A DNA stretch of 64,000 bases from Candidatus Pacebacteria bacterium GW2011_GWA1_46_10 (GCA_001002135.1 LCLP01000001.1:78108-142107); one strand, 5' to 3'; shown: positions 10,028 through 19,421, numbered from the stretch's first letter. The notes: generated from the letters alone by a model not told the origin. Translations and numbers: made by a program.

Positions 10028-10119
10028 GTGTCTATTATAACCTTTGCTTTCAATATTTCCTTAAAAGTGATCAACCAGGCTCTTGCAGGTGGGATAATCT
10101 GCTTCTATAATCCCGACCA

Positions 10120-12684
10120 ATGCGGTTGCGGAAAATCCGGAAAAATTTCCAAAAAAAAACAAAAACCAACGCCCGTCATCTTACCGATCATAAAAAATCC
10201 CGCCAACATTTAAAAAAATCCCGAAAATTGAAAAAAATTAGTTTGATTGGTCCGCGCCGCGGCCGGCCGCGCAAGTCGTGGTGGTACCACACGCAGCAGA
10301 ATTGGCTGACTTGGATTAAGCGACAACGAAGAGCGCGTAGACATTTTATGGAGCGCTGGAGCGCACGAAAATATGCGGCACTTCGACTGATTGGTCTTGC
10401 TAAAGGACGAGGCCGTCCTCGGAAAACCGCTAAGGTAGTAGCTCGAGTCAGTGTTTTACTTGAGGAAAAACGCCGGCATTGGCGCCGTTGGTATCGGTGG
10501 TGGCACGTGCGCTGGCAAAAAGTAACTCATCGGTTATTGCAACTGGTTGGTGTGCGCCGTAAGCGCGGCCGGCCGCGCCGTCACTTTGAAATCGAAGAAG
10601 AAATCGGCGCGGTTGGGGCGAGACGCCGCCGTCAACCACGGCGTTTGGAATGGCGCGAAGCATTTTCGTTTTTAACGACGGTGTTGATTTTACTGTCCGC
10701 GTGGTGGGGATACCAGTTTGTGTTTGCTGGTTTACCGTCAGTGATGGATTTGGGTCAAAAAAGTCCGTTTTTGACCACCAAAATTTTGGACAGAAACGGT
10801 CGGGTCTTGTTTCGGATTTATGAGGATGAAAACAGAACGCTGGTGCCGCTGTCGGTGATCTCAACAGATTTGATTGAGGCGACGATTGCTATCGAAGACA
10901 AAGATTTTTACCAACACCATGGTTTTTCACTAGACGGCATCATGCGGGCTGTCGTGGCCAATATTAAAGGTCAGGCCATCGAACAAGGCGGTTCAACCAT
11001 TACCCAACAGCTCGTGAAGAGTCGTCTATTAAGTCCAGAACGCACTTTGCAGCGGAAGTTGCGTGAATTGATTTTGGCAATCGTGGCCGAGGGAGTATAT
11101 TCCAAAGAGGAAATCTTGGAAATGTACCTTAATCAAGTGGCCTATGGCGGTTCGACGTATGGGGTAGAAGAAGCTTCTTGGCGATACTTTCATAAATCGG
11201 CTAAAGACCTCAATTTAGCCGAAGCGGCACTGTTAGCCGGTTTACCTCAGGCGCCATCGGTCTACTCGCCGTTTAGTTCCAACCCAGAACTCGCTTTTGC
11301 CAGACAGCAGGAAGTACTCCGGCGGATGTTTGAAGATGGGTACATTACCCAAGAAGAATGGCAAGAAGCCAACAACGCCAAGATCGTCTTTGCTGAAGAT
11401 CGCATCGACATTCAAGCTCCCCACTTTGTGATGTATATCAAGAAGTTACTAGCAGAGCAGTATGGTGAGGATGTGGTGCAGACTGGCGGCTTAGAAGTGC
11501 ACACCACCCTTGACCTCACTTTACAGCGAGAAACCGAGAAAATCTTGGTTGCAGAACTGGATCGTTTAACACCCTTGCGAGTGGGGAATGGAGCGGTGCT
11601 AGTGACCAATCCTAAAACTGGGGAGATCTTGGCGATGGTGGGGAGCAAAGACTATTTTGACTTTGCTCATGACGGCCAAGTTAATGTCACGCTGAGACCG
11701 CGTCAGCCAGGCTCATCGATCAAACCATTGACGTATGCGTTGGCTTTGGAGAGCGGTAAAACGCCAGCCAGTATCATTGATGATGCGTCAGTAGTGTATA
11801 GCGTGGCCGGCAGCCCACCGTATGCGCCAAAAAACTACGACGGTAAATTTCACGGCAAAGTCACTCTCCGCGAAGCGCTCGCCTCATCGTATAACGTGCC
11901 AGCAGTTAAGACCCTGGCTGAGCTAGGAGTAGGAACGATGCTTGATCGGGCAACAGAGGTTGGTATTACGACTTGGAATGATCGTAGTCGGTTTGGCTTA
12001 TCGCTCACTCTGGGCGGTGGAGAAGTGACGATGGTAGAAATGGCCCAACTGTATGGAGCTTTTGCCAATAATGGGGCTTTAACGAAACTCCATTCAATTT
12101 TGGCAGTAAAGAACCAAAAAGGAGAAATACTGTACCAAAATACCTGTGTGACCGGTGAGGAAACTTGCTTTGAAAAGCAGGTCTTTGACCCCAAAACGGC
12201 CTTTTTAATTACTGATATTCTCTCTGATAATCAGGCTAGAACACCAGCTTTTGGTCCGCAGTCAGTCTTGAACATTCCCGGTCAACAAGTGGCGGTCAAA
12301 ACTGGTACTACTAATAGTTTGCGTGACAACTGGACGATTGGCTACACCACCGACCGGCTGGTGGCCGTGTGGGTGGGGAATAACGACAACACTCCAATGA
12401 GTTATGTGGCTTCCGGCATCACCGGTGCCTCGCCAATTTGGAATAAAACCATGCGGCTCCTGCTGGATCCGATTAACCCTCATGTTTTCGTGGTACCGGA
12501 CGATTTAGTAGAAGTAGCGGTGTGCAAAGCGACCGGCACTCTCCCGTGTACTGGTTGTCCTTTGATTACCACTGAGCTTTTTGTGCCAGGCACCCAGCCG
12601 ACTAATGCCTGCAGCCCCGCCGTTTTTGAGCCGCCGGTGGATAATGTTGAGGAACAAACAGCTCGTCCAGGCCTGGTTTTGTGA
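10120..12684 (+). CDS. Second class A penicillin-binding protein, with an unusually long, Arg-rich cytoplasmic N-terminal tail carrying three AT-hook-like GRGRPRK motifs. The true start is uncertain and probably lies downstream of 10120; a TTG at 10243 and an ATG at 10348 are candidates.
   Basis: GT51 motifs IAIEDKDFYQHHGFS and GGSTITQQLVKS. Transpeptidase motifs SSIKP, SYN and KTGTT. TM helix AFSFLTTVLILLSAWWGYQFVFAGL. The first roughly 40 codons are low-complexity A-tract DNA and are likely non-coding. Confidence 0.85.
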   Translation: MRLRKIRKNFQKKTKTNARHLTDHKKSRQHLKKSRKLKKISLIGPRRGRPRKSWWYHTQQNWLTWIKRQRRARRHFMERWSARKYAALRLIGLAKGRGRPRKTAKVVARVSVLLEEKRRHWRRWYRWWHVRWQKVTHRLLQLVGVRRKRGRPRRHFEIEEEIGAVGARRRRQPRRLEWREAFSFLTTVLILLSAWWGYQFVFAGLPSVMDLGQKSPFLTTKILDRNGRVLFRIYEDENRTLVPLSVISTDLIEATIAIEDKDFYQHHGFSLDGIMRAVVANIKGQAIEQGGSTITQQLVKSRLLSPERTLQRKLRELILAIVAEGVYSKEEILEMYLNQVAYGGSTYGVEEASWRYFHKSAKDLNLAEAALLAGLPQAPSVYSPFSSNPELAFARQQEVLRRMFEDGYITQEEWQEANNAKIVFAEDRIDIQAPHFVMYIKKLLAEQYGEDVVQTGGLEVHTTLDLTLQRETEKILVAELDRLTPLRVGNGAVLVTNPKTGEILAMVGSKDYFDFAHDGQVNVTLRPRQPGSSIKPLTYALALESGKTPASIIDDASVVYSVAGSPPYAPKNYDGKFHGKVTLREALASSYNVPAVKTLAELGVGTMLDRATEVGITTWNDRSRFGLSLTLGGGEVTMVEMAQLYGAFANNGALTKLHSILAVKNQKGEILYQNTCVTGEETCFEKQVFDPKTAFLITDILSDNQARTPAFGPQSVLNIPGQQVAVKTGTTNSLRDNWTIGYTTDRLVAVWVGNNDNTPMSYVASGITGASPIWNKTMRLLLDPINPHVFVVPDDLVEVAVCKATGTLPCTGCPLITTELFVPGTQPTNACSPAVFEPPVDNVEEQTARPGLVL

Positions 12685-12724
12685 GTTTACTACTTGGGTT
12701 TCCAGTAACAGCGTTACTCAATGT

Positions 12725-12916
12725 TCAACTGAAGAGCAAGATGAGGTAGGAAACAAGCAGGGTGATCAACAGCAGGATGGGGGCAATCAGTCGTTCGTTT
12801 AACGAAGCAGGGTTGCCAGTTTTTTGGGCGCGCTCCCGGCGTTTAGTCTGTAACGTCTTTTCTGTTTGTTGGGCGTTCTGGCGAATGGTGTCTAGTTCTC
12901 GATCAATCTTTCTCAT
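12725..12916 (-). CDS. Small hypothetical tail-anchored membrane protein
   Basis: 63 aa with a C-terminal TM helix (PILLLITLLVSYLILLFS). It overlaps the 3' end of cmk by 14 nt. This is a weak call. Confidence 0.3.
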   Translation of the reverse strand: MRKIDRELDTIRQNAQQTEKTLQTKRRERAQKTGNPASLNERLIAPILLLITLLVSYLILLFS

Positions 12917-13613
12917 GTGTTAATTGTCTCATTTCATGGACTCTGTGCACAATGGTATCAGCCACTTGGGCTGGGGTTAAGTCAGTGGTGTCCAGCACCC
13001 AGGCGTCTGGTACGATCTGGAGCGGGTCGGCGCTTCTGCCCATATCCCGTTCATCTCTTTCAGCGATTTCTTTGAGGATTTTTTCGAGTGTGATCTGAGG
13101 ATTGGTTGCCTGGATTTGTTTGACTCGCCGCTCGGCCCTGGCAGAAAGGGCAGCGTCTAGGAAGATTTTTAAGTCTGCGTCTGGTAAAACTCGGTAAGTG
13201 ATATCACGCCCCTCCATGACCACGTTTTTGCCTTGAGCAATTTCTTTTTGTTTTTCCACCAAGATTTTTCTGACCTCTAGTAAAATTGAAACTTTAGATG
13301 CCCCCTCGCTGATCTCTTTACTGCGGATTTTCCAGGATACGTCTTCACCGTTGAGTAAAACCGTAATCAGCCGACCGTCTTGCTCGTCTTGCCTGGGGCT
13401 GTGCATGGCCATTTTGGCTTGTTTGACCAGTGACACGATTTTTGCTTCATCATTAAAATCAACTCCGTGCTGGGCGGCCAGCATCGCCGCCATGCGGTAC
13501 ATCGCACCAGTGTCAATGTACAGAAAGCCAAGTTTTTGGGCCACTAGCTTTGAGGCGGTGCCTTTCCCGGCGGCAACTGGTCCGTCAATGGCGATATGAA
13601 AAAAGGACTTCAT
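12903..13613 (-). CDS. cmk: Cytidylate kinase
   Basis: P-loop IAIDGPVAAGKGT and the canonical Cmk N-terminus. Confidence 0.9.
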   Translation of the reverse strand: MKSFFHIAIDGPVAAGKGTASKLVAQKLGFLYIDTGAMYRMAAMLAAQHGVDFNDEAKIVSLVKQAKMAMHSPRQDEQDGRLITVLLNGEDVSWKIRSKEISEGASKVSILLEVRKILVEKQKEIAQGKNVVMEGRDITYRVLPDADLKIFLDAALSARAERRVKQIQATNPQITLEKILKEIAERDERDMGRSADPLQIVPDAWVLDTTDLTPAQVADTIVHRVHEMRQLTHEKD

Positions 13614-13676
13614 TTTGCTTTAACCTAAGCCAAAAAGGGGGTGATTCACCCCCTTTTATATTTTTAGTTTCCTTTG

Positions 13677-13907
13677 TTATTTTCGCCGTTTGGCTCGAGC
13701 TTTTCTAATTGGTCGTCGACGAGAGGTTTTTTTCGGGGTGTTTACCCAGTCTTCTCGGTCAGAGGTGAGTAGTCCTCCCAAACCAACTACCACCAAAATT
13801 ACTGGCCAAAGGTTCCAAAATCGTGTTGGTAGATAGCCCAGGTTGGAAGCCATAAAAATCAGCCCCATGACCACTAAGGCGGTGGGCCAGAATACTCTTT
13901 TTGGCAT
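13677..13907 (-). CDS. Small membrane protein with two TM helices and a basic tail
   Basis: 76 aa with two hydrophobic helices and a C-terminal RRRPIRKARAKRRK. Confidence 0.45.
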   Translation of the reverse strand: MPKRVFWPTALVVMGLIFMASNLGYLPTRFWNLWPVILVVVGLGGLLTSDREDWVNTPKKTSRRRPIRKARAKRRK

Positions 13908-14036
13908 AACAGACTCCTTTATTTCTTCCCTAAAGTACCGATCGCTGCGGGAAAGGCAGATTGAGTACCTTGATAGTAATGGAAATTATTGATTGAAACA
14001 AGAGGATTTGTGATGAGGAATGCCAAGAATGAGTGA

Positions 14037-14489
14037 TTATATTTTGAGTCGAGCCTGTTTTATTTCTCTTTGCATTTCGCGTTTCAGTGCTCGTTTCTTG
14101 AGTTTTTCGCGTTTCTCAAACTCTTGCCGGCCACGGCCAAGGCCGATAGTAAGCTTGATAGTTTTGCCTACCAACTCAAATGACAACGGGATCAGTGTCC
14201 AGCCCCTTTGCTCAGTGGCCTGTGCGAGCTGAGTGATTTCTTTTCTTTTCAACAGCAACTTTCTGGTGCGTTTGGGTTCGTAGTCGGTATTATCGGCAAA
14301 ACGATATGGGGTGATTTGGGCACCAACCAGATACAACTCGTTTTTGAGTGGTTTGACGAAACTGCCAGTTAAACTGCCGCTTTTACCGCGCAGACTTTTC
14401 ACTTCAGCCCCTGTCAAGACAATACCGGCTTGAACGGTTCGCTCAATTTCGTAGTCGTGCCTGGCTTTTTTGTTGGCAATCAATAACAT
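14037..14489 (-). CDS. smpB: SsrA-binding protein SmpB
   Basis: Typical SmpB sequence (KKARHDYEIE...GAEVKSLR...) with a basic C-terminal tail. Confidence 0.9.
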   Translation of the reverse strand: MLLIANKKARHDYEIERTVQAGIVLTGAEVKSLRGKSGSLTGSFVKPLKNELYLVGAQITPYRFADNTDYEPKRTRKLLLKRKEITQLAQATEQRGWTLIPLSFELVGKTIKLTIGLGRGRQEFEKREKLKKRALKREMQREIKQARLKI

Positions 14490-14530
14490 AATAGTCGCTG
14501 GTAGTATACCAGCGACCAGGGGAAAAGAGT

Positions 14531-16405
14531 TTAGAAAGTGATTTTGTAGACCAGTGAACCACTCACCACATAGGCGGCGTTTTCGGTCAGTGAAGCGGCG
14601 ATAGTTTCGGCTGAGGCCAGCGAGCTGCTGACGATTTCTTTATAGAAGCTGCCGTCTTTGCGCAAAATCACTACTCGTTGGTGAGCTTTTTCTAGAACCA
14701 GCAAGTACTCTGAGTCGGGATGGGTAGCAATCTCAAGAGCTGAATCAAACGGAGTGGGCTGTTCACCGACAGTGAACACTTGTGGTTGACCCTGGGTGTA
14801 TTTGAGAATCTGACCGTCTTGAGTGGTCAGCCAAAGGTCACCATCGATGGTCATGGCTGTAATAACGGAAAAGTCTAAGCCTTGTTTGTCGACGAGCCAC
14901 CCAACAGGGTCGCTTAAACCATCGGTGTTTTGCAGGTAACGGAAGATATTTCGTTCTGCGGGGTTGAGGACATACAGATACGTGGCAAATTTTTGCAGGA
15001 ATATCCCGGCGCGGTCTGAGTCACCTTGGGCTTTGAGGAGAGTGTGGGGGTGGCTCTCGCTCTTTAGATCATAGGCGTGGAGGCCGTCGGCCAGCACATA
15101 CAGTGTATCTTGGTCACTGCTCAGCGATTTGCCTGAGCCGATGTTGTCAAAAATGATCTGTTGGGTCTGTTTAGTGGTTAGATCAAGGAGTACGACGCGT
15201 TGTCCAGCAGCGTCAAGTGCCAGCAGAGTGTTATCGCTCAGAGCGATTTCCTTGGCGACAAAGCTAGCTTCGGCTAGTCTGAGGTCAAAGAATGGCTCTA
15301 AGTTTTGGGTTTCGGTGCCGGCAATCGACTCAGCGAAGGCTTGGGCGATTTGGTACTCCTCTTTGAGTTTTTTAATGGCTTGTTTTTTATCTGGATTGGC
15401 GGCGATGAGGTCTTCCAAACCCTGGAGTACTGCCCGCGCTTCTTCTCTGGCAGTAATTGGTTCACTCTCGGCAATACTTTGAGCATGAGCCAGTTGTTGC
15501 TGGAGTTCCCCTAGGCGAGGCTGTAAGGTATTAACTTCCTGGTTGATCTGGAAGCGTTTCAACAGAATAATGCCACCCAAAAGGAGGACGACCACACCGG
15601 CGTACAGGGAGAAGTTTTTGGTGAGAGTTGGTGGTTTTTTGCCCAGGATATTGTTACTGGGTTGGCGAAGAGCGCTGAGTGCTGTTTGCGTTTTTCTCCC
15701 CAGTCTTTTCAAAAGGTAGACCGGATTTTTCAGCAGTCTACTGGGGATTCGGTGTTTGACTGTTCGTACGATTGACCCGAAGTTAAGAAATCGTCGCTTG
15801 GGTGAAAGAGTTTTACTGGCAGTGACAGCCTCCATGGCACTTTCAGCGTCCAGGGCCGGATTATTTTCTACCCAGGCCATGGCAGAGAGGGCTGAGTTTT
15901 CTTTACTGTGTAGCTCGGTTACCAGTTGTGGCACTAGATCTTCGGTTTCTTGGTGTAAAACGTTTTTGAGTTCTGGAAAGAGACTTTTTGCCTGGTGAGT
16001 GACAAGGACAAAGACATCCTCTGTTTGTCGAGTCCCTTCCACGATTTTCAGCTCGCCATCAGAAGTGAGAATCTCGCCGATGCGGTGATTGCGTTTGAGG
16101 AAAACCGAACCGCTGTTGGTGGCGGCCGCACTTTTACTGTCAGCAAACAAGACCGCGGCCAACTGCAGCTGACACTCTTCTGATCGGGCTCGCTGGAGGA
16201 GATCAAGCAGGTCGTTGTGAAGTTGCGCGCTGTCGCTGATCTGAAAATGAGTCACTTGTTCGGTGAGGGTTTTGCCGACAGAATTGGCGTTTTTACCAGA
16301 GACCGAAATAACACAGGTGAGTAAACGAGAGGGGTGAGAGACGACTTGAGCCCAGCTGTTTACTTGGGGCAGGCCGGTAATCGGTGTCACTTGCAGGTTT
16401 GACAC
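14531..16405 (-). CDS. Large hypothetical membrane protein. It has a cytoplasmic N-terminal domain, one TM helix, a coiled coil and a C-terminal repeat (beta-propeller-like) ectodomain.
   Basis: 624 aa. TM helix FSLYAGVVVLLLGGIILL at about residue 280. The C-terminal part has a repetitive pattern of beta-strand blocks (..VVLLD.., ..LYVLAD.., ..LLVLE..). Confidence 0.5.
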   Translation of the reverse strand: MSNLQVTPITGLPQVNSWAQVVSHPSRLLTCVISVSGKNANSVGKTLTEQVTHFQISDSAQLHNDLLDLLQRARSEECQLQLAAVLFADSKSAAATNSGSVFLKRNHRIGEILTSDGELKIVEGTRQTEDVFVLVTHQAKSLFPELKNVLHQETEDLVPQLVTELHSKENSALSAMAWVENNPALDAESAMEAVTASKTLSPKRRFLNFGSIVRTVKHRIPSRLLKNPVYLLKRLGRKTQTALSALRQPSNNILGKKPPTLTKNFSLYAGVVVLLLGGIILLKRFQINQEVNTLQPRLGELQQQLAHAQSIAESEPITAREEARAVLQGLEDLIAANPDKKQAIKKLKEEYQIAQAFAESIAGTETQNLEPFFDLRLAEASFVAKEIALSDNTLLALDAAGQRVVLLDLTTKQTQQIIFDNIGSGKSLSSDQDTLYVLADGLHAYDLKSESHPHTLLKAQGDSDRAGIFLQKFATYLYVLNPAERNIFRYLQNTDGLSDPVGWLVDKQGLDFSVITAMTIDGDLWLTTQDGQILKYTQGQPQVFTVGEQPTPFDSALEIATHPDSEYLLVLEKAHQRVVILRKDGSFYKEIVSSSLASAETIAASLTENAAYVVSGSLVYKITF

Positions 16406-16420
16406 AGTTTGAGTATATCA

Positions 16421-16729
16421 CTATTCCCGTGAGGGAGTTTTCTTAGTGTGAGCTTTCTCAAAGATTTGGTCTCTATGTTTGTCTAACAATAGAAGTATTT
16501 GTTGGCGGATAAAAGTGGCAATACCTATTTTTCTTTGATTAGCTATTTTCCGAAGGAGTGAAAAATCTTCAATTGGAAAGCGGACAGTGACTCTCTGTTT
16601 TAAGTTTTTCGAGTAAAGAATTTTTGAGCTTTGATTGAATTTAACATAGTCATTTAAATTATGTTTTCTCCAAAAACTGACTTCTTCTTGATAGCTTTTA
16701 AAGCGTGGAATAGGTTCTAAGTTTTTCAC
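16421..16729 (-). CDS. BrnA/CopG-type ribbon-helix-helix antitoxin-like protein (orphan, no adjacent BrnT)
   Basis: GTG start preceded by AAGGAGA. Pattern FWRKHNLNDYVKF...KQRVTVRFPIEDFSLLRKIANQRKIGIATFIRQQILLLL matches the CopG_antitoxin (BrnA) family consensus FW..HD..Y.D....V.FP.LK...IS.RLP..LL..IK..A....Y..LIK.WL. Confidence 0.55.
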   Translation of the reverse strand: MKNLEPIPRFKSYQEEVSFWRKHNLNDYVKFNQSSKILYSKNLKQRVTVRFPIEDFSLLRKIANQRKIGIATFIRQQILLLLDKHRDQIFEKAHTKKTPSRE

Positions 16730-16773
16730 AGTTCTCCTTTTTTCTACTACTACCTCTTTGAAAGTGATACCTC

Positions 16774-16803
16774 AAATTTGGCTGCCAATTGGCAGCCAAA
16801 TTT
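16774..16803. terminator. 30-bp perfect palindrome AAATTTGGCTGCCAATTGGCAGCCAAATTT. Possibly a bidirectional intrinsic terminator after tsaD and/or the operator for the RHH protein.
   Basis: Its reverse complement is identical to itself. It would form a 13-bp stem flanked by U-runs on both strands. It lies 113 nt downstream of tsaD and 45 nt upstream of the RHH gene. Confidence 0.5.
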
Positions 16804-16915
16804 AGGGTGTCATCTCCACAGATGCCTATGGGTAGCTTCACTTCAATTTACCTGGATAACTTTATAATTCGTGGTCAACCTAACACTAATTTGACAACCT
16901 TGGAGATAAATGAGT

Positions 16916-17968
16916 TTAATCGTCGATTCGCCAACCTGGTTTGCGATCGAGGTTGGCAGAAGGCTTGAGTGACTTGAAGCTGCTGACTACACCGATCATG
17001 GCAGCGTTGTCGCCGCACAGTTTTTTGGTATACGGTACTCGCAAGGGTAATTGATGCTCTTTGGCGACTTGACGTAGTTTGCGACGCAGAGTCATGTTGG
17101 CGGCCACACCACCGCCAAGCCAGAGTTCTTTGACAGATACTTGATTAAGCAATTTAGCTAACTTGTACGTGATGTGATTAAAAACTCCCTCCTGCAGTGA
17201 GGCGCAAAAATCAGCAATGGTTTGCCGATCGAGTTGATTTTTTGTTTCCAGCTCATTAATTAAGCGTCTGGAGTGGGTTTTTAAGCCCGAGAAACTCATA
17301 TTAAACGTTTTTATCTCAGTCATTGGTAAAGGAAATTTGAAGCGAGTGGTGTCGCCCTTCTTGGCCAGCTGTTCCACCACCGGTCCGGCGGGGTAACCAA
17401 GATTTAAAAGACGGCCGACTTTGTCCAGACACTCACCGGCGGCATCATCGACGGTGGCGCCGAGGCGTTGATACCGACCGATTTGTTTCACGAGGACAAA
17501 TTCGGTATGGCCGCCAGAGACAATGACACTCAAGGCAGGCAAACTGGGTGAAATTACTTGGTTTGTCTTCGTGTTTAGTTTTGTTTTTAACCTTGGTTGG
17601 GCGAGGACCGAAAGCACATGACCTTCCAGATGATTTATCGGTATAGCAATTTTGCTATATTTTTTCGCCAGTTGGGCGGCATGATTGAGCCCCACTTCCA
17701 GGGCTGGTGCTAAGCCCGGTCCTTGAGTGACAGCAATGGCATTGATGTCTGACCAGTCTTTGCTAGCTCGGGTGAGGGCGGCTTTGATGGTTGGCTCGAT
17801 GTTCTCTTTGTGCGCCTGTTTGGCGACCGTCGGGAAAACGCCACCATAGTGTTGATGGAGTTGGGCTTGAGAAGCAATGATGTTACTGAGAATAGTTTGG
17901 CCACGAGTGACCGCGACGGCGGTTTCATCACAAGAAGTATCGATGGCAAGGATGATTGGCGCTGTCAT
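16916..17968 (-). CDS. tsaD: tRNA N6-adenosine threonylcarbamoyltransferase TsaD (Kae1/Gcp family)
   Basis: N-terminal ILAIDTSCDETAVAV and HxxGH metal-binding motifs. Length and ordering of motifs are typical of TsaD. Confidence 0.9.
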   Translation of the reverse strand: MTAPIILAIDTSCDETAVAVTRGQTILSNIIASQAQLHQHYGGVFPTVAKQAHKENIEPTIKAALTRASKDWSDINAIAVTQGPGLAPALEVGLNHAAQLAKKYSKIAIPINHLEGHVLSVLAQPRLKTKLNTKTNQVISPSLPALSVIVSGGHTEFVLVKQIGRYQRLGATVDDAAGECLDKVGRLLNLGYPAGPVVEQLAKKGDTTRFKFPLPMTEIKTFNMSFSGLKTHSRRLINELETKNQLDRQTIADFCASLQEGVFNHITYKLAKLLNQVSVKELWLGGGVAANMTLRRKLRQVAKEHQLPLRVPYTKKLCGDNAAMIGVVSSFKSLKPSANLDRKPGWRIDD

Positions 17969-19038
17969 GATTGAGGAGTTTTCACCGAGATTTTGCGCGT
18001 TTGCTCACCGGTTTCGTCAAAATGGATCAGCAGTTGTGGGCGTGATTTTTTGGGCCAAAATGGCGCGCCTTGCTGCCACCACTCGACTACCACGACAGTA
18101 TGAGGTTTGGTTAAATCATCAATATGCAAGCGCTCTAATTCAGTTTTTGAATCAATTTTCCAGAGATCTAGGTGAAAAAGTTTGCCGGTGATGCCATGCC
18201 GGTTGTAATCATATTCGGTTAAATAGGTGTAAGTAGGAGAAACAATTGGGTCCGAGATTTGCAAAAACTTGGCAATACCCTTGGTAAAAATGGTTTTGCC
18301 GGTACCAAGTTCACCGCTTAAGGCGATAACCAAGCCAGTCTTTTTGACGTGTGACCAGTACTTGAGCAGTAATTTTCCGGCTAATTCTTGAGTTTCTTGG
18401 TCGGTAGTAGTTTCGAAAACTGATTCGCCGTTCTGATGCCAAGTTCCGCGCACAGTCAGGGGAGTAGAGAGAGTAGTGTCGATGACGGTGGATGGTTCAT
18501 TTTTGGGCAACTGACCGTCGTCGATGATTAAATCAACCAAGTTTTTTTGTTTGGCTGAAAGTCGATTGAGTACATCATCAACCGAGTAAGGACGCTTTTC
18601 ACCAGACGCGTTGGCGGAGGTGGCGGTAATAGGACGACCAAGCGCCTCAGTGAGTTTGAGTACTAACGGATAGGCCGGGATTCTGACGCCGAGTGTCTTA
18701 AACTCGGATTCCACTCCAGCCGCTACCTTGCCTAAACCTTTGGAAATAATAGTGTATGGACCAGGTAAAAAGCGTTTATAGAGTTTCTTGGCTTGGTCAT
18801 TAAGCTCAACGTACTGTTCGGCCATCGGCCTGTCGGCTACGGCGATGGAGAGCGGTTTGCCCTCGCGGCGTGACTTATATTTCAGCAGTTTTTTGACCGC
18901 TTCTTGGTTGGTGGCATCAACTCCCACCCCATAGACCGTTTCGGTGGGATAGATCACCAAGTCACCAGTAGCCAAGCTCTGTGTTGCTTGTTTGACAATT
19001 TTCTCCAACGGCCAGTCTTTTGTCTTGAGAACTTTCAT
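17965..19038 (-). CDS. tsaC-tsaE: Fusion of TsaC/Sua5/YrdC (threonylcarbamoyl-AMP synthase) and TsaE (YjeE P-loop ATPase)
   Basis: The N-terminal half is a YrdC domain (VIYPTETVYGVGVDATN). The C-terminal half carries TsaE motifs SGELGTGKTIFTKG, SPTYTYLTEY and HLDLWKI. It overlaps tsaD by 4 nt. Confidence 0.8.
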   Translation of the reverse strand: MKVLKTKDWPLEKIVKQATQSLATGDLVIYPTETVYGVGVDATNQEAVKKLLKYKSRREGKPLSIAVADRPMAEQYVELNDQAKKLYKRFLPGPYTIISKGLGKVAAGVESEFKTLGVRIPAYPLVLKLTEALGRPITATSANASGEKRPYSVDDVLNRLSAKQKNLVDLIIDDGQLPKNEPSTVIDTTLSTPLTVRGTWHQNGESVFETTTDQETQELAGKLLLKYWSHVKKTGLVIALSGELGTGKTIFTKGIAKFLQISDPIVSPTYTYLTEYDYNRHGITGKLFHLDLWKIDSKTELERLHIDDLTKPHTVVVVEWWQQGAPFWPKKSRPQLLIHFDETGEQTRKISVKTPQS

Positions 19039-19094
19039 CAGTCGTATTGTACCAGGGATGATTACAAAGAACCGCCACTATCGAAAATGAGCAA

Positions 19095-19382
19095 GTGCGA
19101 TTTGAGCTCCAGCGTAAAGAAAAGGAAATCAGGGAAATCTCTAGGATTTTACAGGGTTTACTCATGAAAAGCCGCGATGAACGGCGAGTCTGGCTGCAAG
19201 AAAACGAGGATTTAATGATCAATCTAGCTGAGGAATTTGTTGACGAGTCGCTCTATAAACTCGATGGGGCGCAACTTGATAATGAGACACTTGAGCTCTC
19301 GGTTCAAGTGATGACAGAGTTGAGAAAAACCCTAGGATTATTTGAAACAGTAATTACTGGCAACGAAGAGCTGGAGGCCTAA
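19095..19382 (+). CDS. Hypothetical small protein
   Basis: 95-aa ORF between divergent genes. No recognisable motifs. Confidence 0.3.
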   Translation: MRFELQRKEKEIREISRILQGLLMKSRDERRVWLQENEDLMINLAEEFVDESLYKLDGAQLDNETLELSVQVMTELRKTLGLFETVITGNEELEA

Positions 19383-19421
19383 TCTTTTTCAGTCGAGCAG
19401 TTTGCTGTAGAATAAGGAGCT

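Noticed and set aside
10120-10242. First roughly 40 codons of the annotated PBP ORF (MRLRKIRKNFQKKTKTN...)
   Set aside because: They are encoded by phased A-tracts and a direct repeat AAAAAATCCCG typical of promoter or intergenic DNA. The true start is more likely the TTG at 10243 or the ATG at 10348.
16730-16915. Search for a BrnT/RelE-like toxin upstream of the RHH antitoxin-like gene
   Set aside because: All three minus-strand frames hit stops within 15 codons or fewer, and the gap is too short for a roughly 90-aa toxin.
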